This document shows, piece after piece, positions 48,800 to 58,229 of a stretch of 64,000 bases of DNA; the stretch's first letter is position 1, and every line of letters starts with the position of its first letter. Where the stretch lies: NCBI GenBank assembly GCA_050951805.1, contig JBMNJT010000003.1, forward strand, positions 1 through 64,000, read 5' to 3'. Source of the stretch: Bacillota bacterium. Lineage in GTDB: Bacteria > Bacillota > DTU025. The position numbers and the translations under genes are program-made. The notes under the pieces are model-generated. The model did no database searches, was not told where the DNA came from, and worked only from the letters and a program-made list of their open reading frames with translations.

Positions 48800-49765
48800 A
48801 TGAGCACAGGTGTGATGGTCGTAATCGCCTTCCTCGTTGATGCGGCAATGGGGGATCCAATACGTGGTACGCACCCGGTAGTTCTCATGGGCAGGGCGAT
48901 CGAGTTGCTCGAAAAGGTTCTCCGGCCTAGACGCGCCGAGCCCAAGACGGAGAAGATCATGGGAGCGGTTCTTGCCGCTACAATTGTAGCAGGAACCTAT
49001 GCTGTCTCCAGAACGCTGCTCAATGCAGTGCGCGGCTTTTGTCCGCACGCAGGCGATATCCTGGAGATCTGGCTGTTGTCGACCGCCTTGGCGGCTCGAG
49101 GCCTCTATGATAGCGCCATGCAGGTGCGCGCGCCGCTGCTAGACGGCAACCTTCCGGCAACCAGGGAGAACTTGAGCATGATAGTGGGACGCGATACAGA
49201 GAACCTCAGTGAGGAAGAGGCGGTTCGCGCAACCGTGGAGACTGTTGCTGAGAACACGTCTGATGGGGTGATAGCGCCGCTCCTGTTCGGATTGATAGGA
49301 GGCGCGCCGTTGGCATTGGCATATAAGGCAGTCAACACCCTCGACTCGATGGTAGGGTACAAGGATGAACGTTATGCCGATTTCGGGTGGGCGTCTGCAA
49401 AACTGGATGATATTGCAAACTTCATTCCTGCCCGGATTGCCGGCCTCTTCCTGGTGGCTGCGGCCGCAGTGACGGGACATGACTGTAGGGGCGCATGGCG
49501 TGTCATGTTGAGAGACCAAAGAGCGCATCCAAGCCCAAACTCGGGGGTAGGAGAGGCAGCGGTTGCAGGGGCCTTAGGCGTGCAGCTAGGAGGGGTCAAC
49601 ACATATGGAGGACAGGAATCTGTCAGGCCGCATATCGGCGATGCTGTAAAGACCCTTGAGCCTCGCCATATTGAAGAATCTGTCCACTTGATGTACTGGG
49701 CGTCTGCAATGGCGATGGCGGCAGGGGCTGCATTGCGCGCGGTCATCGATGGAATCGGGGTGTGA
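48800..49765 (+). CDS. cbiB: Adenosylcobinamide-phosphate synthase
   Basis: GDP..HPV, IVGRDT, ETVAENTSDGVIAP, YKAVNTLDSMVGY, HPSPNSG. Confidence 0.95.
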   Translation: MSTGVMVVIAFLVDAAMGDPIRGTHPVVLMGRAIELLEKVLRPRRAEPKTEKIMGAVLAATIVAGTYAVSRTLLNAVRGFCPHAGDILEIWLLSTALAARGLYDSAMQVRAPLLDGNLPATRENLSMIVGRDTENLSEEEAVRATVETVAENTSDGVIAPLLFGLIGGAPLALAYKAVNTLDSMVGYKDERYADFGWASAKLDDIANFIPARIAGLFLVAAAAVTGHDCRGAWRVMLRDQRAHPSPNSGVGEAAVAGALGVQLGGVNTYGGQESVRPHIGDAVKTLEPRHIEESVHLMYWASAMAMAAGAALRAVIDGIGV

Positions 49766-50876
49766 GAGTGTAATGGTGGATTATTGTATCCCGCTTCACG
49801 GCGGGAATGTGCATCGTGCGGCGCGCGCCCGGCGCGTGGATGTGGAAAAGGTGCTGGATTTCAGCGCAAACATCAATCCTCTCGGGCCTTCGCCATTGGC
49901 GACCGAAGCCATAAGGTCCAATCTGCACATGATAAGGCATTATCCGGATCCAGACTGCACTGAGCTGCGAGAGGAGCTTGCTCAGTATCTACAGGCAGAT
50001 GTGGCTTCGGTGATAGTGGGAAACGGCGGGGCAGAGATTATCCAGATGCTCGCGTACGTTCTGAGGCCCCAGAAGGCGTTGATCCTGTCGCCCACATTCT
50101 CCGAGTACGGCAGAGCTGTGGCATGTGCGGGGGGAACGGTTGTGAGGGTTCCGCTTCGAAGAGACGATGGATATTCCATAGACTACGATATGGTCCGCGC
50201 GAACATGGACGGCGTCGACATGGTGTGGGTGTGCAATCCTAACAATCCCACAGGGACTCTTTTACCGAGGAAAGCCATCCTGGAACTGGCAGACATTGTG
50301 GCTCGATGCGGGGCTGCTTTGGTGGTAGATGAGGCTTTCATCGATTTCGTTGCTGATTCGGAAGAATACAGTGTGCGGGACGAAGTTCAAGAAAGAAGGA
50401 ACCTCGTGGTTATCGGGTCTTTGACGAAGTTCTTCGCAATCCCCGGACTTCGAGTCGGCTATGCGATTGCCCCCGAGGACTTGGCAGACAGATTGCGGCG
50501 GCAGGCGCCGCCATGGAACGTGAACTTTCTGGCCCAGGTTGCAGCTGTGGCGTCATTGCAAGATACGGAATACATGGGGTCCACCAGAGAGTTTATTGCG
50601 CGCGAGCGTTCCTGGCTTGTTCGAGAGCTTGAGAAGCTAGGGGCGGAAGTTGGCGTCAAGGTTATCCCTCCGTCCGCAAACTTCATCCTTCTTGACATGA
50701 GTGAATCGGGGCTGAGCTCGGCAAAGTTGTGTCGTAGGTTATCGTGCTCAAACATTCTGGTGCGCGATTGCAGCAATTTCCCATTCCTCAGTGAAAACCA
50801 TGTGCGGATTGCAGTGCGTAGTCGGCCTGAGAATGAAAGGCTCCTTGAGGCGCTCAGAGAGGTCTTCGGTGAATGA
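49749..50876 (+). CDS. cobD: L-threonine-O-3-phosphate decarboxylase (PLP)
   Basis: HGGN, LDFSANINPLG, YPDP, CNPNNPTG, VDEAFIDF, SLTKFFAIPGLRVGY. Confidence 0.92.
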   Translation: MESGCESVMVDYCIPLHGGNVHRAARARRVDVEKVLDFSANINPLGPSPLATEAIRSNLHMIRHYPDPDCTELREELAQYLQADVASVIVGNGGAEIIQMLAYVLRPQKALILSPTFSEYGRAVACAGGTVVRVPLRRDDGYSIDYDMVRANMDGVDMVWVCNPNNPTGTLLPRKAILELADIVARCGAALVVDEAFIDFVADSEEYSVRDEVQERRNLVVIGSLTKFFAIPGLRVGYAIAPEDLADRLRRQAPPWNVNFLAQVAAVASLQDTEYMGSTREFIARERSWLVRELEKLGAEVGVKVIPPSANFILLDMSESGLSSAKLCRRLSCSNILVRDCSNFPFLSENHVRIAVRSRPENERLLEALREVFGE

Positions 50877-51182
50877 GCAGCTCCAAGAATATTTCAGGTC
50901 AAGCAAAAAGCCACTGCCAGGAAACTAGCCTCCACTTCATGGGATGCAATGAAGATTCCGTGGATAACGTTACACACGTTTTGAGTCCGAAAGAGTGCCA
51001 TATATAGATAGGACTGGACACTAAATGGGTAACTACCAATTGCGTTAGCTTGTATTTTGATACTACGATTTTTCGCAGTATGGACCATGAACGGCGTTTG
51101 CTTGCCACTCAAAAGCTTTCACAACTTGCAAAAAGGAAGAAGCTTCTGCAGCGGCGTTTCGACTGGCTATGGATGCGCCCGT

Positions 51183-52007
51183 TCAAAGTGGCCAAAACTT
51201 CTCGACTAGGCCCAATACGATTTCAAAGGCGATCAGGATGATCACAAGCCACTCAAGTCGTGTCCCGCGCTTGGCGTGGTAAAGGTCGGCAAAGACTCCG
51301 GTGATGTCGAGAAGGGTCTCTGTCTTGTGAGTCACCTTCCCATACCTGTCCGGAAGCTCAAACACATGCTCAAGCTCGAGGTAGAGTTCTTGCGCCTCTT
51401 GTAATCTCCATACCACATCCGGCTTGTCGAGGACCATGATGTACGAGATGGAACTATAGCGGTAGCTGAGAATTCGGCCGGAAAGCTTCGCTAGGCGTTC
51501 ATCGCTTATGGCCATGGTGCCCTTTTCCAGCTCGTTAATGACGACTTCGACATCATCAAACAGCTTGCTTAATTCGTCTTCGATCCGTTCGAGGGCCGCG
51601 GACTTGGCGAGTATGACGGCTATGAGTTCGAGGTAGTACGGCTCAAGTGTCGGAGCTATCAGTTCGTCGTAGGTGACTGAGAGCTTGTCGCCGCCGACGG
51701 TCAGCTGGTAGTCATCGGTGTACTTCGTGATTGCAAAGCCCGCGATATTCCGGTCAACCTTCGCCAGATAGTCTATGGAGTCCCTGATGTCGCTTTCGGA
51801 GAAGTTGACGAATACCAAAGAGCCGAAGGAGAAGATGAACAAGCTTTTGTCGGCCGGTTGGGGCAGAATGCCAGATAGGCGCTGTTCGTTGAGGGCGAGC
51901 GTGTCCTCCCATGATAGTTTGCGTTCTATGCCGAAGTGAGATGCGATCTTGGAAAGGTTGATCTCTCGACAGACCGCTACAGCCTTAAGACGTGATGAAT
52001 TCATCAA
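51183..52007 (-). CDS. RMD1/DUF155 family protein
   Basis: FIFSFGSLVFVN, LAKSAALERIE, LDKPDVVW, FELPDRY, RLEWLVIILIAFEI. Confidence 0.88.
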   Translation of the reverse strand: MMNSSRLKAVAVCREINLSKIASHFGIERKLSWEDTLALNEQRLSGILPQPADKSLFIFSFGSLVFVNFSESDIRDSIDYLAKVDRNIAGFAITKYTDDYQLTVGGDKLSVTYDELIAPTLEPYYLELIAVILAKSAALERIEDELSKLFDDVEVVINELEKGTMAISDERLAKLSGRILSYRYSSISYIMVLDKPDVVWRLQEAQELYLELEHVFELPDRYGKVTHKTETLLDITGVFADLYHAKRGTRLEWLVIILIAFEIVLGLVEKFWPL

Positions 52008-52632
52008 ATGTCACGCTACAGGGCCCCCGTATGGGGAAGTAGCGTTTTCCCTCCTTCATAGGCCGATGCCGAAATCCTTGTGCCATCCAACTTGCGCAGG
52101 TCAAAAATGGCCTGTAACGCATCTTCTAAAGGCAAATTCCTACGCCTTCGAGCGTGATCATCAAGGACTTTGGAATATTATATCACTGCTGTTGTAAGAA
52201 TTATATAGCCCCGGGGTGCGCCAATGGTGGTGGCCTCTTCCATATTCATCAGTTCAAAACCCATCTACAGAGTCATCCCTTGCCGTGAGGCGAGCCTTAA
52301 TATGACCTTAATGGCTAATGACGCAATAATGAGTGAAATCAGAGGGGACGTGAAAGAAATATCTGCAGAGTAGGAAGGAGAATGGCAATGAGACTAGAAT
52401 ATTGCATATTAGAAGCCAGATGAATGTGGCATGGAGATATGGAGAGGGCCACTCATGGAGCGCTTTCGCTTCATGCGCGCGCCCTCATTCCTTTCACTGT
52501 CGGACGGGGCTATAAGGCTGGCTGCCAACTGAATAAGTGCTCTGCCTTGATCAAAACATTGTGGCCGTGATGCATTGATGAGAACCTGTAACTGCTCAGT
52601 GAGCAGATTAACAATGTGAGGAGGCAAATCTG

Positions 52633-53772
52633 ATGAAAAGGCTACTGAAAAGGCTTCTAGTGCTAGTCCTGGCCATAGCTATGCTGGCATCAGCGACGCT
52701 ATCGGCCGCCCCCCCTAGGATTGAGGCGGAACTCAACTTGATTACTCCCGTAGCTAGCTTTGTAAGCGTGGCCGCTCTCGACGCTTTCAAACCTTGGGCG
52801 AAGGCGAAGTATGGAATTGACGTGAAGACCAACTACACGAGTAAAGGCACTCAGTTGGCAGTAGGCATGATTCGAGAGTGGGGATCAAATCCCCAGGCCG
52901 ACGTGATTTGGGGCGGAGAGACGGTGCTCTATGATCTCTTGGCCGCTGATGGCTTCCTGGTCAAGCACGAAGTCTCGCAGGCCCTGCTCGACCGGATACC
53001 TGCAACTATGGGTCAGCCAAAGCCCATGCCATTGAAGGATCCTAAGGGATTCTGGACTGGTACCGCGTTGGAACCCTACGGAATCGTGTACAACGAAGGT
53101 TTGGTCACGAAAAGACTTCGGACGACCCCACCTCAAACATGGGAAGACCTCGTGAGTAATCCACGTTTCAAAGGCCAAATAGCGCAGTGCACGCCTGACA
53201 ATTCCAGCTCCAATCATGCCACCTATGAGGTTATACTTCAGAAGTATGGCTGGGAAAAGGGTTGGGAATGGCTTTCCAAGCTGGGTGCTTACACCGGCCA
53301 ATTCGTCGCGAAGTCAGGCGACGTCCCGGCTGTCGTAGCCAAAGGCGAATATGCACTGGGCTTTGCAGTTCCAAGCTACATGGCATTTGAGAACTACCTC
53401 CACGGCGGGGATATCCGGTTCATAGCGCCTCCCGGCGCATACGTCACCCCTGAACCAATCGGTGTCATAAAGAACTGCAAGAACCCCAACACAGCAAAGG
53501 CTTTCATCGAATTCCTGCTTACAGACGAAGGACAGAAGTTGTTCATCGATCGGGGCCTGTTCCCGATAGTGCCTGACCTCAAGGTCGCCGGTCCGGCCGG
53601 TTCAACAGCTGAGAAGGCAGTCATATTCTACGGCGGGCGCAGAAGCTATTTCGATGGCGTTGTGGAGAACACTTATGACAACACGTTGTCTGCCAGGCGA
53701 GAAAGCGAAGTGAACAGGTACTTCAGAGAGAACATCTTTTCAAAACTGGACCAGCTTAAAGCGAAGTACTAG
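52633..53772 (+). CDS. ABC transporter substrate-binding protein (Fe3+/thiamine/phosphonate family)
   Basis: Signal peptide; NPQADVIWGG, GIVYN, PQTWEDL, AKAFIEFLLTDEGQ. Confidence 0.9.
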   Translation: MKRLLKRLLVLVLAIAMLASATLSAAPPRIEAELNLITPVASFVSVAALDAFKPWAKAKYGIDVKTNYTSKGTQLAVGMIREWGSNPQADVIWGGETVLYDLLAADGFLVKHEVSQALLDRIPATMGQPKPMPLKDPKGFWTGTALEPYGIVYNEGLVTKRLRTTPPQTWEDLVSNPRFKGQIAQCTPDNSSSNHATYEVILQKYGWEKGWEWLSKLGAYTGQFVAKSGDVPAVVAKGEYALGFAVPSYMAFENYLHGGDIRFIAPPGAYVTPEPIGVIKNCKNPNTAKAFIEFLLTDEGQKLFIDRGLFPIVPDLKVAGPAGSTAEKAVIFYGGRRSYFDGVVENTYDNTLSARRESEVNRYFRENIFSKLDQLKAKY

Positions 53773-53851
53773 TCGAGTTGAAGCAAATAACTTCACTGGT
53801 CTGCGGGCGGGGTCTCGCCCGCAGACCAGCCAGTCGTTCGAGGTGAAGTGC

Positions 53852-54919
53852 ATGAATATCAGGCTCATCGGAGTCACGAAAAGGTTCAAGACTGTTGAGG
53901 TCCTGAGCAAGGTAGATTTGCATGTGCGCGCCGGAGAACTCTTCACTTTGCTGGGGCCTTCAGGTTGTGGCAAGACAACTACGTTGCGCCTCATTGCAGG
54001 GTTTTACGTCCCCGATGAGGGCAAGATCATGTTCGGTGAGCGCGAGGTGCAAGATATCCCCACATTCAAGCGGAACATAGGCATGGTCTTTCAGAACTAC
54101 GCCCTTTGGCCTCATATGACTGTCTACAAGAATGTGGCATATGGCCTTCAGTTCAAAAAAGAACCCAAATCGGAGTGGCCCAGAATAGTAAATGAGGCTT
54201 TGGTCAAGGTGGGATTGGCGGGATACGAGGATCGCTATCCAGGCCAACTGTCGGGAGGACAACAGCAGCGTGTGGCGCTCGCCAGGGCGCTGGCGCTCAA
54301 CCCAGACGTCCTGCTCTTGGACGAACCCTTGTCCAACCTGGACGCCAAGATTCGGGCTTCGGTCCGCGCTGAAATCCGAAAGATTCAGCAGGAACTGGGC
54401 ATAACCACGGTCTATGTGACACATGACCAAGAGGAAGCCCTGACGCTCTCCGACAGGATAGGCATCATGCGTGAAGGTCAGCTGGTCCAGATCGGAACCC
54501 CGCATGACCTTTACGAGAGACCAGCTACGCGTTTTGTGGCGGATTTTATCGGCGCCAACAACTTGGTAGCTGGCACGGTAAAGGCCACAGGCGACGACAT
54601 TATAGTCGAAACGGAGCTGGGGCTTTTCAAAGGGTACACCCACTCCGAGTTGAAGCCTGGCGACAAGTGCACCTTGGCCTTCAGGCCTGAAAACGTGGAG
54701 GTTAGCACCACTGAGCCATCTGGGGAAGACAACTGGATACAGGGAAAGATAAGCTTCGCCAGTTACATGGGGAGCACTCTTCGCTACGAAATGGATCATC
54801 CGTCAGGCGTCTTGCTTAAGGCCGACGTCAAGAACCCGTTGCATCATGAGGAGTTGTCGTGGGGTAGTGACGTGTATTTCTGCTTTCCGAAATCTGCTGC
54901 GCTTGTCATAGCGGATTGA
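53852..54919 (+). CDS. ABC transporter ATP-binding protein (PotA/FbpC type)
   Basis: GPSGCGKT, FQNYALWPH, LSGGQQQR, LLLDEPLSNLD, VTHDQEEA, TOBE-like tail. Confidence 0.95.
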   Translation: MNIRLIGVTKRFKTVEVLSKVDLHVRAGELFTLLGPSGCGKTTTLRLIAGFYVPDEGKIMFGEREVQDIPTFKRNIGMVFQNYALWPHMTVYKNVAYGLQFKKEPKSEWPRIVNEALVKVGLAGYEDRYPGQLSGGQQQRVALARALALNPDVLLLDEPLSNLDAKIRASVRAEIRKIQQELGITTVYVTHDQEEALTLSDRIGIMREGQLVQIGTPHDLYERPATRFVADFIGANNLVAGTVKATGDDIIVETELGLFKGYTHSELKPGDKCTLAFRPENVEVSTTEPSGEDNWIQGKISFASYMGSTLRYEMDHPSGVLLKADVKNPLHHEELSWGSDVYFCFPKSAALVIAD

Positions 54920-54958
54920 TACGCTGATTCCGACCATGGACGGGCAGGTGATTGTATT

Positions 54959-57025
54959 ATGTCTTCAGGAATGAGCGCAACGGGTTTGAGAAGGTGGATC
55001 AGAGAGTCCAAACTATGGATACTGCCCATCTATCTCTTCTTGATAATATTTGTCATATTTCCCCTGGTAAGGCTCTTTGTCGATTCGTTTACAACGGCCG
55101 ACATACCGCTTTCGGCGCTGAACGAGGTGGTCCTCCTCGTCGATATGCTTGAGGAGAAAGTGAACGCAGGGGAAATGGAGGACGCTCTGGCAGCGTCACA
55201 TGATATCGCGCTTCAGCTTGACAGGTCTGTGGACGTAATTGGACACATGATCGACGCGCTTGGCAGGGCGACGTTCTCTCAAGACGAGCTCATAGCCAAA
55301 TGGAAGAAAGCCCAGGAGGATGTGGCGAAGGAAGCGGCGGTGATGGCGGAGCTCCAAGACGATCCAGTGGCCGCTCTTGCAGAGTCACGCAAGGCTACGG
55401 CACTCATAGATGAGGTTGTAAGTCTTCCACGACAGGCTTTCTCGGTAGAATTCTTTCTCGATGTTTTCAGAGACGAGTTATACATGAAGGCTCTAGGAAA
55501 TTCCTTGTTGCTAGGCCTTGCCACAGTTGCCACAACTTCAGTGATAGGATTTGCTGTGGCATACGTGCTCGTAAGATACGATTTTCCCGGCAGGAAGGTC
55601 TACAATTTCCTTACCACTATACCCATAGTTATGCCTCCTCTAGTGGGAGTGCTGGGGTTCATCTTCATACTGGGCAGAGGCGGCATGGTTAACGAGCTGT
55701 TTTATCAGTTGGTGGACGTCCTGGAAAGCTCATGGCCTGCCATGTCTAACTGGCTTTTCGACCGTTTGCCGTTCAACTTCATCTATGGCTGGCATGGCCT
55801 CTTGTTGGTTGAGACATTTCACTTGTTCCCGCTTATTACCCTGAATGTCCTGGACTCGCTCAGCAAGATAGACGCATCCTTGGAGGAAGCGGCTGAAAGC
55901 GTTGGATCTGTGGGATTCAAGCGTCTGTTCGACGTCACTATCCCCCTGACTATACCGGGATTTGTTACCGGGGCATTGCTCGTTTTCATCGGGGCATTTG
56001 CGGACTTCGCAGCTCCAATGGTGGTGGGCTTGACCAACTTCATCGCTCCCCTGGCCTACATGGATATTCAGCAGTTCACCGACAGACACTTGTTCAAGAT
56101 GGGCATTACCGTGGGCGCGGTAATGGTGGTGATCTCTGTAGTGTTATTGCTGATAGCCAAGAAATACATATCCCTCAAGGACTACACCACTCTTTCATAC
56201 AGGGCGGTGGAAAGGAAACCACTCGAAGGCAAGAAGCAGGCGTGGGTCCATGTTTTCCTGATCCTGCTTCTTATTATCAGCTACACCCCGTACTTGGGTG
56301 TTGCGCTTGCGTCTTTCTCAAGGAGCTGGTCGATGTCGCCGCTTCCCACTGCTTGGACGCTTGCACATTATGAGAAGATCTTGCTGTATGCACCAGGGTA
56401 TATCATCAATACCTTCCAATTCTGCATATTGGCCATAATCATGTGCATAGTGATCGGATTGCCCGTAGCATGGATCATGGCCAGAACAGATACGTGGAGC
56501 AGTGGAGCGTTAGATATTCTGACCACGTTGGTGTTGGCTTTGCCCGGCACTGCTTTGGGCATAGCATACATCAGAGCTTTCAATACCCCAATACTCGGGA
56601 GCGTGCCATTGGCCAACATATGGATCATAATCCCAATTGTGTTGGCTGTGAGACGGCTCCCATATACGGTCCGATCCTCCTACGGCTCCCTCTTGGTCGT
56701 GCATCGTTCGATGGAGGAGGCTGCCCAATCTGTGGGCGCGGGAGGATTCAAGACATTCAAGGACATCACTCTTCCGTTGGTTTGGAAAGGGGTGCTGGCG
56801 GGGGCGTTGTTCTCCTTCATAACATCTATACAGGAGAGCGCGGCAACACTGCTTCTGGCCATACCGGGTTGGGAGACGATGACCGTCGGCATATTCACCT
56901 TCTACACCGGAGGGACCCACGGAGATGCGGCTGCTCTAGGATTCATCCTTGTTGTTGTGGGCGTGATCACGTTGTTCATAATGGACAGGTTGAGCAGCGC
57001 CACAGCAGGCGGGTTGTTCGGATAA
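54959..57025 (+). CDS. ABC transporter permease, duplicated domain (FbpB type)
   Basis: Two EAA loops (LEEAAESVG, MEEAAQSVGA); many TM helices. Confidence 0.93.
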   Translation: MSSGMSATGLRRWIRESKLWILPIYLFLIIFVIFPLVRLFVDSFTTADIPLSALNEVVLLVDMLEEKVNAGEMEDALAASHDIALQLDRSVDVIGHMIDALGRATFSQDELIAKWKKAQEDVAKEAAVMAELQDDPVAALAESRKATALIDEVVSLPRQAFSVEFFLDVFRDELYMKALGNSLLLGLATVATTSVIGFAVAYVLVRYDFPGRKVYNFLTTIPIVMPPLVGVLGFIFILGRGGMVNELFYQLVDVLESSWPAMSNWLFDRLPFNFIYGWHGLLLVETFHLFPLITLNVLDSLSKIDASLEEAAESVGSVGFKRLFDVTIPLTIPGFVTGALLVFIGAFADFAAPMVVGLTNFIAPLAYMDIQQFTDRHLFKMGITVGAVMVVISVVLLLIAKKYISLKDYTTLSYRAVERKPLEGKKQAWVHVFLILLLIISYTPYLGVALASFSRSWSMSPLPTAWTLAHYEKILLYAPGYIINTFQFCILAIIMCIVIGLPVAWIMARTDTWSSGALDILTTLVLALPGTALGIAYIRAFNTPILGSVPLANIWIIIPIVLAVRRLPYTVRSSYGSLLVVHRSMEEAAQSVGAGGFKTFKDITLPLVWKGVLAGALFSFITSIQESAATLLLAIPGWETMTVGIFTFYTGGTHGDAAALGFILVVVGVITLFIMDRLSSATAGGLFG

Positions 57026-57262
57026 CGCAGCCAATCAGTGGAATGCCTGGACCTCATGGAGAGGTGATTCAGGAAAACGTCTGGGCTGGCCCGGCAGTAT
57101 CGTGCCTGGCAGTCGGATGAATAAATAGCCGATCGTGGCGGAGCGCGTTGCGCAATGTTGTGATCGGCTTTTCTTTTGCACGTCGTAGGGCAACATAAGA
57201 GGCTCTGCGCTATGTAGCAGAAAGAGACAGAATTCTCCGTACGGCTATGGACTTCTTACCGC

Positions 57263-57335
57263 CTGAGGATTCAAACCCAGGCTGTCAAAGATGGCTCAAA
57301 CATCTGCTGCGACTTGCCCGGGTTTGAATCCTCAG
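57263..57335. repeat. 19-bp inverted repeat (18/19 match), hairpin or miniature element
   Basis: ctgaggattcaaacccagg (57263-57281) and cccgggtttgaatcctcag (57317-57335). Confidence 0.8.
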
Positions 57336-57437
57336 TCATTATGCGCGTTGGAGTCTGTTTGGCAATCGAAAAGTTCATAGTTCGGCAGTCAAAAAGTGCA
57401 TAGGCTACCACCACGCCCGGGGTCGGATCTCAGGGCC

Positions 57438-58229
57438 CTATTGGGCCGGGTCGTTTTTGTAAATAGTGTTTTGTTGGGGGTGGGCACCTCCAACGTCATC
57501 TGGGACATGCAATTGGGAGAGGGCGTGCCGTAGACGGTAGCTCTCCCCTGTGAATGCAAGCACATGTCCGTGATGAACAAGCCTGTCAATGAGCGCGGCA
57601 GTGAGCCGGCTGTCGTTGATTACCGTGTTCCATTGTCCGAACTCAAGGTTCGTAGTGATGGCTACGCTTCGGCGCTCATAGCAGCTGGCGATTACTTGGA
57701 ACAAGAGCTCTGCTGCGTGACGGGGTAGAGGTAGGAAGCCCAGTTCATCCACGATAAGCAGATCGCATGATTCGAGATCGCGTATTAAGCTTCCAAGAGT
57801 CCCTTTTGCGTTCTTCTCCAGCAAGCGGTTTGCCAGATCAACTGTCTGAAAGAATCGGACCTCCTTTCCGCTGAGGACAGCCTTAAGCCCCAGCGCTATC
57901 ACAAGATGAGTTTTGCCTGTCCCCACGCCGCCCATGCAAATCAGGGACTCCTTCTCATCGATGAACCTCAGTTCGGTTAGATGTTCTATCGTGGTTTGGG
58001 GCGGCAATATGATGTTGTCCCAGGAGAACTCCTCCAGCGTCTTGGTTTGCGGAAACCCTGCACGCTTCAACCTTCGCCGGTTTCGATTCTTCTCTCGGTT
58101 TCTTAGCTCTTCTGCAAATAGATCAGTCAGGAATTGCTCTCTGCTTTCAAAGGGTATTTCATTGTAGGTCTGGCTCACCGAACCGAGTTTGAGCATCTTA
58201 CACTGCTTCTGAAGCAAAGAGTCTGTCAT
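57438..58229 (-). CDS. istB: IS21 helper ATPase IstB
   Basis: GGVGTGKT, LLIVDELG, ITTNLEFGQW, AALIDRLVHH, GESYR. Confidence 0.95.
   Translation of the reverse strand: MTDSLLQKQCKMLKLGSVSQTYNEIPFESREQFLTDLFAEELRNREKNRNRRRLKRAGFPQTKTLEEFSWDNIILPPQTTIEHLTELRFIDEKESLICMGGVGTGKTHLVIALGLKAVLSGKEVRFFQTVDLANRLLEKNAKGTLGSLIRDLESCDLLIVDELGFLPLPRHAAELLFQVIASCYERRSVAITTNLEFGQWNTVINDSRLTAALIDRLVHHGHVLAFTGESYRLRHALSQLHVPDDVGGAHPQQNTIYKNDPAQ

Noticed and set aside
44210-56920. Long antisense ORFs (44210-44815, 44904-45722, 53960-54799, also 26514-27179 and 27990-28736)
   Set aside because: They shadow well-supported genes on the opposite strand and show no recognisable motifs
57317-57335. tRNA fragment or att site (gggtttgaatcc resembles a T-arm)
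   Set aside because: No cloverleaf and no integrase; the sequence is one arm of an inverted repeat
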